Source: Arenicellales bacterium
GTDB taxonomy: Bacteria > Pseudomonadota > Gammaproteobacteria > Arenicellales > JAJDZL01
Length of the DNA stretch: 64,000 nt
Assembly (NCBI GenBank): GCA_965232345.1
Contig: OZ246969.1
Coordinates: forward strand, 1,280,340 to 1,344,339
Direction: 5' to 3'
Part shown: positions 18,786 to 26,730 of the stretch, piece by piece
How the letters are laid out: each line of letters starts with the position of its first letter
Position numbering within the stretch: the first letter of the stretch is position 1
Notes under the pieces: model-generated
What the model was told of the DNA's origin: nothing
The model's input: the letters and a program-made list of their open reading frames with translations, nothing else
The model's database searches: none
Translations under genes and position numbers: made by a program

Positions 18786-19700
18786 ATGGACAGTTTCGTA
18801 TACCGTAAGAATCTGCTGGACCCAGGGCTGGTGCGGCAGCTGTGCCAGCGGTCAAATCGACCGGGGATGCTGCGTCTTTGCATTCATCTCGCGATCATTG
18901 GCGCTGGCGCCGCGCTGGTCTGGATCGCAGGTTTCAGCTGGTGGCTGCTGCCGGCATGGACTGTGTATGGAACTGTGCTTGTGTTCCTGTTCGCACCGCT
19001 GCATGAATGCATCCATAGAACTGCATTCCGAAGCCGCAAGCTGAATGAAGCCGTTGCCACCGCAGTCGGATTTCTGCTGTTGCTGCCGGCGAACTATTTC
19101 CGCGCTTTCCACTTCGCGCATCATCGCTACACCAATGATCCGGAAAAGGACCCGGAGCTGCTGACTGCCAAGCCCGCGAGTGCCCAGCAATATGTTTGGG
19201 CGATGTGCGGACTCGCTTCCTACTGGTGGCCGCAGATTCGAACGATTCTGCTCCACGCCCGGGGGCGGGTGGACGAAGCATTCATTCCAGAATCAGATCA
19301 CAAAAAGATCATTCTTGAAGCGCGCCTTCATCTCATTGCCTATGGAACAGTTTTCGGCATCTCAATCGCATCAGAAACGATTATTTTCCTCATGTACTGG
19401 GTTGTGCCAGTCATGCTAGGCATGGTTGCGCTGCGCCTTTTCCTGCTCGCGGAGCACGCCGGCTGCGAGCTGTCAGACAACATGCTGAAAAACACGCGCA
19501 CAACACTGACCAATCCAGCGGTGAATCTACTAACCTGGAACATGCCCTACCACTGTGAGCATCACGTATTTCCAGCCGTGCCCTTTCATCAGCTTCCTGC
19601 GCTGCACCAGCACCTGAAACCTCGATTGGCTGTTGTGTCAGATGGCTACCGTCGGTTTCACGGAGAGTTTCTCGAGTCAGTCAAGACGGGTCAGGCGTAG
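18786..19700 (+). CDS. Membrane fatty-acid desaturase family protein
   Basis: 304 aa with three His boxes (HECIH, HFAHHRY, HCEHH) and hydrophobic segments. Confidence 0.85.
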   Translation: MDSFVYRKNLLDPGLVRQLCQRSNRPGMLRLCIHLAIIGAGAALVWIAGFSWWLLPAWTVYGTVLVFLFAPLHECIHRTAFRSRKLNEAVATAVGFLLLLPANYFRAFHFAHHRYTNDPEKDPELLTAKPASAQQYVWAMCGLASYWWPQIRTILLHARGRVDEAFIPESDHKKIILEARLHLIAYGTVFGISIASETIIFLMYWVVPVMLGMVALRLFLLAEHAGCELSDNMLKNTRTTLTNPAVNLLTWNMPYHCEHHVFPAVPFHQLPALHQHLKPRLAVVSDGYRRFHGEFLESVKTGQA

Positions 19701-21169
19701 TTCGCATCTTTCAGCAGCGCATCGATATCCAGCGCGCTTTCCAGCTGATCGGCCAGTTCATCGAGCGCCATTTCGACTTTGTCTCGATAGGCCAGATCGG
19801 AACTCGCGCCCTGCCGCATCTGGTTCAGCCAAGCGCTTCGAAATGAATCGCTCCAGAAAAGACCATGAGCATAGCAGCCCACCACATTGCCATCTGCGCT
19901 GACCGCGCCGTCCTCTCCATTTTCAGTTCGAATGTACCGGCGGCGCGTATCGCTACCAGTCGTTCTGCCCATGTGAATCTCATATCCTTCAACCGGCTGT
20001 CCGTTTTCCAGGCAGACGCCTTGAAGCGGCCGCACCGTTTTTTCGGTCAGCATTTCGGTTTCGACATCCAGAAGACCCAGGCCATCCGCTTCCTCCGGCG
20101 GTCCCTCGACTCCATGCGAGTCTGAAATCTTGCGCCCCAATAACTGGTATCCGCCGCAAAGTCCGACGACTCTGCCGCCCGCCCTTGCATGAGCGATGAT
20201 ATCGTGGTCCCAGCCCTGCTCTCTCAGATACCGAAGGTCTCCCAATGTTGATTTGCTGCCCGGCAGAATGATGACATCTGTGTCTCGGGGTATCGGTGTG
20301 CCCGGCGCCACGTAATTCAAGTGGACATTGCTCTCAAGGCGCAAAGCATCGAAGTCATCAGAATTCGCAATTCGGGACAGCATCGGCACTGCGATCTTCA
20401 ACTGACCGCCTTCAGCGGGCGATGTGTTTTTCGAAATCACCTCCATTGAGACTGAATCCTCATGCGGCAGCTGGCTGGCAATTCCCAGAAAGGGAATGAC
20501 GCCGCGGCATGGCCAGGAAGTCCGCTTCTCTATATCGCGCCGGCCGCTGTCGAACAGCGAAACATCGCCGCGGAACTTGTTGACGATGAAGCTCCTGATG
20601 AGGGCTGAATCAGCTGAATCCAGGACGGCTTTGGTGCCAACCACGGATGCAATCACACCGCCGCGCTCAATGTCCGCCAAGAGGCAGACAGGCACCTGCG
20701 CCTGTCTGGCAAAACCCATATTCGCGATATCTTTAGCGCGCAGATTGATTTCTGCGGAGCTGCCGGCGCCTTCAACCAGAACCAGGTCAAACTGCTCAGT
20801 CAATTTCCGAAAACTCTGCAGGACGGGTTCCATCAGCGATTGCCGCTGAACGAAATATTCTTTCGCACCCAGGTTGGATACCGCTTCGCCGTGAACAACG
20901 ACCTGCGACTCCCGATCAGTCTGAGGCTTGAGCAGAACTGGATTCAGATCAACGGACGGCTCGATTCCTGCGGCTTGGGCCTGCAGCGCCTGGGCTCGCC
21001 CGATCTCGCCGCCGCTCGGACACGCGGCGGCATTGTTCGACATGTTCTGGGGTTTGAAAGGCGCAACGCGGATGCCGCGTTTCACGGCCGCGCGGCAAAG
21101 CCCGGCGACGATCACGGACTTGCCGACATCCGAGCCCGTGCCCTGAATCATTAGAGCTGCTGTATTCAA
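19691..21169 (-). CDS. cobQ: Cobyric acid synthase
   Basis: N-terminal CobQ/CobB ATPase domain (LMIQGTGSDVGKS) and a C-terminal GATase domain (GLCGGYQLLG ... HGLF). Start is uncertain: a TTG at 21169 gives MNTAALMIQG, while the track ORF starts at TTG 21217. Confidence 0.9.
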   Translation of the reverse strand: MNTAALMIQGTGSDVGKSVIVAGLCRAAVKRGIRVAPFKPQNMSNNAAACPSGGEIGRAQALQAQAAGIEPSVDLNPVLLKPQTDRESQVVVHGEAVSNLGAKEYFVQRQSLMEPVLQSFRKLTEQFDLVLVEGAGSSAEINLRAKDIANMGFARQAQVPVCLLADIERGGVIASVVGTKAVLDSADSALIRSFIVNKFRGDVSLFDSGRRDIEKRTSWPCRGVIPFLGIASQLPHEDSVSMEVISKNTSPAEGGQLKIAVPMLSRIANSDDFDALRLESNVHLNYVAPGTPIPRDTDVIILPGSKSTLGDLRYLREQGWDHDIIAHARAGGRVVGLCGGYQLLGRKISDSHGVEGPPEEADGLGLLDVETEMLTEKTVRPLQGVCLENGQPVEGYEIHMGRTTGSDTRRRYIRTENGEDGAVSADGNVVGCYAHGLFWSDSFRSAWLNQMRQGASSDLAYRDKVEMALDELADQLESALDIDALLKDANYA

Positions 21170-21466
21170 TTTCGCGGGCCGAGCTTCATGTAAGTGACGA
21201 AGAGCGGTGCAGCACAATTTTTTCGAAGATTTCCATGCAGACGAAAGACTGATTCGACTCTTTGTGTGACTTCAGCAGGCTGAGTTTTGGAAAGTGAATA
21301 AACACAGACAGATTCGGCCGCAGCCGCATCATTCCTGTGAATTTTAATTCGAACACAATACTGTGTGGGTTATTGAAATTCGTATAATTCACTCACAATC
21401 AGGGAATTGATGAGTCGATCCCACATTTATTTCAACACTGGAAATCGTATCACAGGAGAAGTGAAA

Positions 21467-21745
21467 ATGACCACCGCAGACGAATTTCGAAGTCAAATTC
21501 TCGATAAAGCCTCAGAAGACGATGACTTTCGCACCCAACTTCTGGGTAATCCAACCGCCGCAATCAGCGCTGAGCTTGACATTGCCATGCCGAATGGTTT
21601 AACTGTTGAAGTCCATGAAGATACCCAATCGGTCGTTCATCTCGTACTGCCGCCGAAAGTTCAATTGGATGCCGGCGAATTGGAGCAAGCCACCGGCGGA
21701 GTGACTCCAGCCGACCCAAATGAACAAATAGGAAGCGGTTGGTAA
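21467..21745 (+). CDS. NHLP (nitrile-hydratase-like leader peptide) family RiPP precursor
   Basis: 92 aa from ATG 21467, with AGGAGA 7 nt upstream. Leader MTTADEFRSQILDKASEDDDFRTQLLGNPTAAISAELDIAMPNGLTVEVHEDTQSVVHLVLPPKVQLDAGELEQATGG, then the 14-aa core VTPADPNEQIGSGW. The track ORF starts 20 codons earlier. Confidence 0.75.
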   Translation: MTTADEFRSQILDKASEDDDFRTQLLGNPTAAISAELDIAMPNGLTVEVHEDTQSVVHLVLPPKVQLDAGELEQATGGVTPADPNEQIGSGW

Positions 21746-22016
21746 CCGATTGAATTTCTGAGACCGGGCATTTGAGAATCGATCTCAAGTGCCCGCCGAA
21801 TTGGGGCAGACTTGAATCTGACTCGACATCAATCCGCCGCTTGTCTCTGAAGCGGCTCCTGTTCGCTTGAAGGAGTTTCAGACCTTGTCAATTGAGAGAA
21901 TTGATTGAAGCGGCGCCGAACAGCCAATGCGGCAAATCTGCAAACACTCGCAGTGTCTTTTGTCACACTGACCCAAAGATAAGATCAATCTCACCTCCTG
22001 ATCGGATTCAATAATC

Positions 22017-22044
22017 TTGATTCGATCTGACTCCTCTATATAAT
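22017..22044 (+). promoter_or_regulatory. Putative sigma70 promoter for the riboswitch-tonB transcript
   Basis: TTGATT (22017-22022), a 16-nt spacer, then TATAAT (22039-22044). It sits ~12 nt upstream of the first riboswitch helix. Confidence 0.4.
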
Positions 22045-22055
22045 CGCTGACAGCA

Positions 22056-22216
22056 GTGGTTCCCGAATCCGGGAAGCAATATGGAACAAGGTAAGACAAT
22101 CCAATGCCTTGGCTGCCCCCGCAACTGTGTGCGGTAGTGACTGCTCATTGATGCCACTGGGAAACTGGGAAGGCTGAGCAGGAACCTAGACCCGCGAGCC
22201 AGGAAACCTGCCATTG
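22056..22216 (+). promoter_or_regulatory. Cobalamin riboswitch (classical AdoCbl type)
   Basis: Contains GGTTCC...GGGAAGC, GGTAAGACAATCC, GCTGCCCCCGCAACTGT, GCCACTGGGAAACTGGGAAGGC and the B12 box AGCCAGGAAACCTGCC, in the canonical order. Confidence 0.8.
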
Positions 22217-22479
22217 CCAGCGTTGCCCAACCGCCAAACGGGGTGTTTCGGCGGGACGGAAGCCCGTTATCGGTGGCGCGCCGAATTTTGCTGGAATTTT
22301 GCGACCGTACATCGAGATATGGGATTCTGTTCTTATACTGCCATCAAATTGGCTTCTGCGGATTGCCTGCAAGAGCTGAGCTCAACGCTAAAGTTCATCT
22401 TGATCAGACTATGCCGTATTGACGCGCAGTGTGTTCTATCGTAAAAATTCCTTGAACTTCATGTCGACCTGCAGTACCT

Positions 22480-25377
22480 GTGAACCACACCCGCAAAAGT
22501 AACATCATTTACTGCCTGCTGCTGTCTCTAGTCGTGCATGCGGGGCTCTTGGCCACTTTCGTGCATGCGGTGAAACGCCCGCCCGAGCCAATTGCACTGA
22601 TCACGCCGATACAGGTCGCGTTGGTACATGAAATTTCCGATTCACTGGGAAATTCCCAATCTGAATTCGGCGGCATTGATACAGACAACACCTTAAGTGG
22701 GCAGGAAGCGAAAAAAGCACTGGAGAAATCCGCGGCATTATCCCAACCCTCAGTATCAGATCAGTACGTTGCCGAGTCTGAAAATCTCCAGGTTTCGGAA
22801 ACTGCGCCGGTTGACCAGACAGTCCAACCCGCTGAACCACAGCCGGAACCTGTTCTAGAAACGAGTGATCCGATTGTCCCTGAAACCGAGATAACCAATG
22901 ACGAGAATGCAGGCAGCATTCAAGCGAAAAACTCAATTTCAGAGTTGGAAACTGAGCCCGCTCATAACGATGACATTGAGATTAGTGTATCGAATCGAGA
23001 GTTTATCAGTGAGCCAGTTGCAGTAGAGGAATTGAGTCAAGAACCGCAAGACATGCCAGATTCGGTTCCAGTTGATCAGAAATTGGAATTTGTGCAGGCA
23101 CCGCAGGATTTTGATGTTCCTGCCGATTTGCCGACTGAAGTTGCTTCATTGGCTGAGCCGGAGAACCTCGATCGATTGGAGAATGTTCCAGAACCGATTG
23201 CAATGCCAGTTCGCACGTCACCGAGTGCGCTAGAGGCGGTGAAGACTGCTGTTGAGAGCAGTGAACCACCGCCTGCATTGGAGAATGCTATCGAATCTGA
23301 GTCGATCGCCGCGAAACAAGCACTGCCGAAAGAAGAATCAGCAATCTTGGAAAACCCCTCTGCTTCACCCACGGAGAGCTTGCCTGTTGAAATTCCGTTG
23401 GAAGCCGAAACTGACTGGGATCAGATGACAGTTGAGCTGGCTTCATCAATCGATGAATTGAATGACTCCGCTGAATTTGAATCCAATGCCCCACCAGAGT
23501 CGGTTGCTGACCTGGCTTCTGCCTCTCCCATTCAGTTGACCGCACTTGATATAGACAGTCAGTACTTCAGCTCGAACAGCACTTTGACTGACATTAAAGA
23601 AGTCGCCGCGACAGAACCGGATTCTACTACCGAAGAATTTCAGGACCAGACACTGGAAGTTCCTCTTTCAAGCGATTATCCGCAGTCGGTTGTTTCAGAT
23701 GAATACGAGTCTGAATCAATTGCCTCAGTTCAGCCGCTGCAGGAAGAAAAGCTGGAGTTGCCGGATAGCCCTTCGGTTTCGCCCGAAGAGAGCATAGCGG
23801 TCGAAGTTCTACCAGAACCCGAAACAGACTGGGACCAGAGGACAGTCGCGTTGGTTACGTCGCTGGAAGTGCTGGATGACTTGGTTGAGCCCAGTATCGG
23901 TCCCTCTCCGGAACCGGCTCCTGACCTGATTCCCGCTCCTTCCATTCAATTGACGGCGCTCGATATCGACAGCCAGTACATCAGCATGACCAGTGCTTTG
24001 ACTGAGATTGAAGATATTGCCGCGCCCGCATCGGCGCCTGCTCTTGAACACTTTCAAGACAATAATGTAGAAGTCTCTGTTGAGAGCAATGCGCTGCCAC
24101 CCGTCCTTTTCAATGACCGCGAATCTGAGTTGATCGCTGCTATTCAGACAACGCCGCAGAATACAGAACCGGAGATTCCGGAAATTCCCTCTGTTTCACA
24201 AGAACAGAGCTCAGCTGTCGAAGTTGTGCCAGAACGTGAAACCGACTGGGATCAGCGAAGAGTGGCATTGACTTCGTCGACAGACGAATTGGATGGTCCG
24301 ATTGAGTTTGTAGTCAGTTCTTCTCCAGAACCTGTTGCTGACTTGATTCCCGAATCCCCGATTCAGTTGAGCGCGCTTGATATTGACAGTCAATACCTGA
24401 GCATGACGCATGCTTTGACCGAGATTGCAGAAGTTGCTGCGACAGAGTTGGAATCGAATGTCGAGAGCGTTCGAGAGGATGAAGTCATTCTTGATGCAGA
24501 GGATGCCGATCAATTCGCAGGCATTCTTCCTGATTTCGAACTGAATGAAGACTCATCTAGAATTATCGAATTTTCGATTGATGAAGTTGAGACTGAAACG
24601 CTTTCTGCAGATGAGCTTGATACTCAGTTTGTGAGCATAGCGGACTTTGATACATACATTGTGGCGAGAACTCTTCCCGAAGTGGATTCAATTGCTGTAG
24701 CTGAACTGGAAGCCATCCAGAGTGATAGACCTGTTGAACAACCGCAAACTGAATCAAGTGAATTGTCTGCATCAGTCGCAGAATCAGCACCTGAACCCAT
24801 AGAAGAAGAGCTTGCTAAAACAGTTGAATCGGAACCGGCTTCTGCTCAGGTGGAAAAGTCGCCCGTACCTGTTGTTTCCTCTGATGAACAGCTAGCCGCG
24901 ATGGAAGAACAACCACCTCTAGAGGCCGATAAGGAATCGGCTTTGCCTGAATCTGTCCAAAAGGAACAACCGAAGTTACCAAAACAGTTCTTTGCAGCCA
25001 AACAGTCTGAACTTGCACAACCCTCTGCATCGGAATTGAAGATTGATACAAGCGCTGCGCAGCAGGCTTCGCTCGGCAGGGCAGCAGGTGAATCACTGCC
25101 CAAATACGGAGTGAAAGGTCTGCCAAATCCAACTCCGAAGTACCCTCGCCGCTCGCGTGCGAAAGGAGAGCAGGGGAAAGTCATTCTTCAGGTGGTTGTC
25201 AATCAGAAAGGCCGCGCTGATGAAGTTACGGTTTTCAAATCGAGCGGCTACTCAAGACTTGACAAGGCGGCAAGAAAAGCGGTCAGGAAGTGGAGGTTCA
25301 AGCCCGCTCAAAAAGACGGACGATCAATTCAAGGAATTGTTCAGGTGCCGATATCTTTCGTGCTTGAACAGTCTTGA
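22480..25377 (+). CDS. tonB: TonB-family energy transducer with a very long acidic repeat-containing spacer
   Basis: 965 aa (GTG start). N-terminal anchor IIYCLLLSLVVHAGLLATFVHA. C-terminal TonB domain YPRRSRAKGEQGKVILQVVVNQKGRADEVTVFKSSGYSRLDKAARKAVRKWRFKPA. About 800 aa of Glu/Asp/Ser/Pro-rich sequence lies between them. Confidence 0.75.
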   Translation: MNHTRKSNIIYCLLLSLVVHAGLLATFVHAVKRPPEPIALITPIQVALVHEISDSLGNSQSEFGGIDTDNTLSGQEAKKALEKSAALSQPSVSDQYVAESENLQVSETAPVDQTVQPAEPQPEPVLETSDPIVPETEITNDENAGSIQAKNSISELETEPAHNDDIEISVSNREFISEPVAVEELSQEPQDMPDSVPVDQKLEFVQAPQDFDVPADLPTEVASLAEPENLDRLENVPEPIAMPVRTSPSALEAVKTAVESSEPPPALENAIESESIAAKQALPKEESAILENPSASPTESLPVEIPLEAETDWDQMTVELASSIDELNDSAEFESNAPPESVADLASASPIQLTALDIDSQYFSSNSTLTDIKEVAATEPDSTTEEFQDQTLEVPLSSDYPQSVVSDEYESESIASVQPLQEEKLELPDSPSVSPEESIAVEVLPEPETDWDQRTVALVTSLEVLDDLVEPSIGPSPEPAPDLIPAPSIQLTALDIDSQYISMTSALTEIEDIAAPASAPALEHFQDNNVEVSVESNALPPVLFNDRESELIAAIQTTPQNTEPEIPEIPSVSQEQSSAVEVVPERETDWDQRRVALTSSTDELDGPIEFVVSSSPEPVADLIPESPIQLSALDIDSQYLSMTHALTEIAEVAATELESNVESVREDEVILDAEDADQFAGILPDFELNEDSSRIIEFSIDEVETETLSADELDTQFVSIADFDTYIVARTLPEVDSIAVAELEAIQSDRPVEQPQTESSELSASVAESAPEPIEEELAKTVESEPASAQVEKSPVPVVSSDEQLAAMEEQPPLEADKESALPESVQKEQPKLPKQFFAAKQSELAQPSASELKIDTSAAQQASLGRAAGESLPKYGVKGLPNPTPKYPRRSRAKGEQGKVILQVVVNQKGRADEVTVFKSSGYSRLDKAARKAVRKWRFKPAQKDGRSIQGIVQVPISFVLEQS
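23293..24534 (+). repeat. Three diverged tandem ~414-bp (138-aa) repeats inside the tonB-like gene
   Basis: Repeat units start near 23293, 23707 and 24121. Each contains ...ETDWDQ(M/R)(T/R)V(E/A)L...P(S/I)IQL(T/S)ALDIDSQY(F/I/L)S...LT(D/E)I. Landmark ATTCA(G/A)TTGA occurs at 23530, 23944 and 24361 (offsets 414 and 417). Confidence 0.85.
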
Positions 25378-25476
25378 AATGCCGATGCTTTATCGTGCAG
25401 CAAACAAGTTGCAATGAAAACGTCGGTACAGTTCTCCGATGATGCTGGACACCCTTCAGTAATCAGTACGTAAATC

Positions 25477-26730
25477 ATGCCATTCCTGTCTCTTCTTGAT
25501 GATCGGGCCAAACCTAAAGGTTCCAGAGACCCGCTTGGCTTTGAAATGATTTGGACACATTATGGGCGGCAGGTAATCGGCAATCTTACGACGATCACAA
25601 ATTCGTTGACGAATTTCGCTGTTGCCATTCTCGGATTCCATTGGGCAAATGAAATTTGCAAAGATCTGCCGGATTCAGATCGGCACACCAAAGTTCGAGA
25701 TACCTTTCTTCGCTACGAGCAGGTGGTTGCTTATCTGCGCTTTCTGTCTGAAGATACTGGCAGCATCATGGGCATTACACGGGTCATTCGACGCATGAAG
25801 GATGATCAATCACAAGTCAAGCTTGGCATTGGAAATGAAGAGCAGATTCTCAGTGACCAAGTCAGCTACGGACTGTGGGGCTTGTATTCCTCAGCGATGG
25901 ATGCCACCAGATTGATCAAGGGAAATGATAGGATTCCTATAGATCAGGGACTGGTTATCGCGAAAAGAATTGAAGCTAAGCTGGAAAAAAAACAATTGAC
26001 TGATCTGATTAAGAGTAAGAAACCAGTGTCGAAGAGTGAATTGAATGAGTTGGCAACTGCTTTTCGCGACGCCATCAAATCCGAAAAGGTAAGAGAAAGT
26101 CTACGAGATGCCTTGCTGAAAGGAACGGAGAATACTCAACTGCAGCAAGCGCTCTGGTCTTGTACTCAAGAAATAGCTGAACGCAAAGAGGCGGTCAACA
26201 GTGTTGCAGACTTTATCGATAAAGTAAAGAGTTGTGATCCTGATTCAGAGTTGGCTGAGCGGCTTTCCGAAATTGAACGGGTTGAGCGAGTGCTGGTTGC
26301 AGCTAACAACATCTTCAACTATTGTCGTCGGAAGGATGGCTCAAGGATTGATGAAATAGTGGGTGCCTTGAAGCAACATTACAGCCATCATCACATGTCG
26401 GAATTACCGAGACTCGATGGTTTCCCAAAATCACTTGGTAATCAGCAAATCAATCTCCTGAATAAACTAATGGAGACATTGAGGCAGTGTGATTACGCCG
26501 ACGTTATTCGATGGCTCCTCGAACTGAATCAGTTCGTAATGAAACGGCGAGACGGCGCGCCTTGGGTACATTTGGAGAACGACAAAATTCTCCGAGTCAA
26601 AGTGCCAAGTGAAACGGCGTCTTTGCTTGATCCGCACGAACTTGAGAGCCAGTGGGACTACGACTATTTCATCGGATCTTACATCACAGTCGCAAATCAG
26701 GGATTCAAGCTGGGATGGAAAACGCGGTAG
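25477..26730 (+). CDS. Hypothetical protein, ORF-A of the PLD/SNF2 operon (no recognisable domain)
   Basis: 417 aa. N-terminus MPFLSLLDDRAKPKGSRDPLGFEMIWTHYGRQVIGNLTTITNSLTNFAV. The remainder looks predominantly helical and charged. The 3' end overlaps the ORF-B start. Confidence 0.7.
   Translation: MPFLSLLDDRAKPKGSRDPLGFEMIWTHYGRQVIGNLTTITNSLTNFAVAILGFHWANEICKDLPDSDRHTKVRDTFLRYEQVVAYLRFLSEDTGSIMGITRVIRRMKDDQSQVKLGIGNEEQILSDQVSYGLWGLYSSAMDATRLIKGNDRIPIDQGLVIAKRIEAKLEKKQLTDLIKSKKPVSKSELNELATAFRDAIKSEKVRESLRDALLKGTENTQLQQALWSCTQEIAERKEAVNSVADFIDKVKSCDPDSELAERLSEIERVERVLVAANNIFNYCRRKDGSRIDEIVGALKQHYSHHHMSELPRLDGFPKSLGNQQINLLNKLMETLRQCDYADVIRWLLELNQFVMKRRDGAPWVHLENDKILRVKVPSETASLLDPHELESQWDYDYFIGSYITVANQGFKLGWKTR

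Noticed and set aside
21878-22099. 73-aa Cys-containing minus-strand ORF between the NHLP gene and tonB
   Set aside because: It overlaps the promoter and 5' part of the plus-strand cobalamin riboswitch. It has no RBS or recognisable family and is most likely spurious.
22214-22444. 76-aa plus-strand ORF between the riboswitch and tonB
   Set aside because: It starts inside the B12 box and expression platform. It is Cys/Arg-rich with no signal of coding conservation and is more likely untranslated leader RNA.
23293-24534. Regularly spaced repeats that might suggest a CRISPR or satellite array
   Set aside because: The period is ~414 bp and the units are diverged, in frame and inside a continuous ORF. 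They are protein-coding tandem repeats, not a CRISPR array. No short repeat-spacer structure or cas genes occur in the window.
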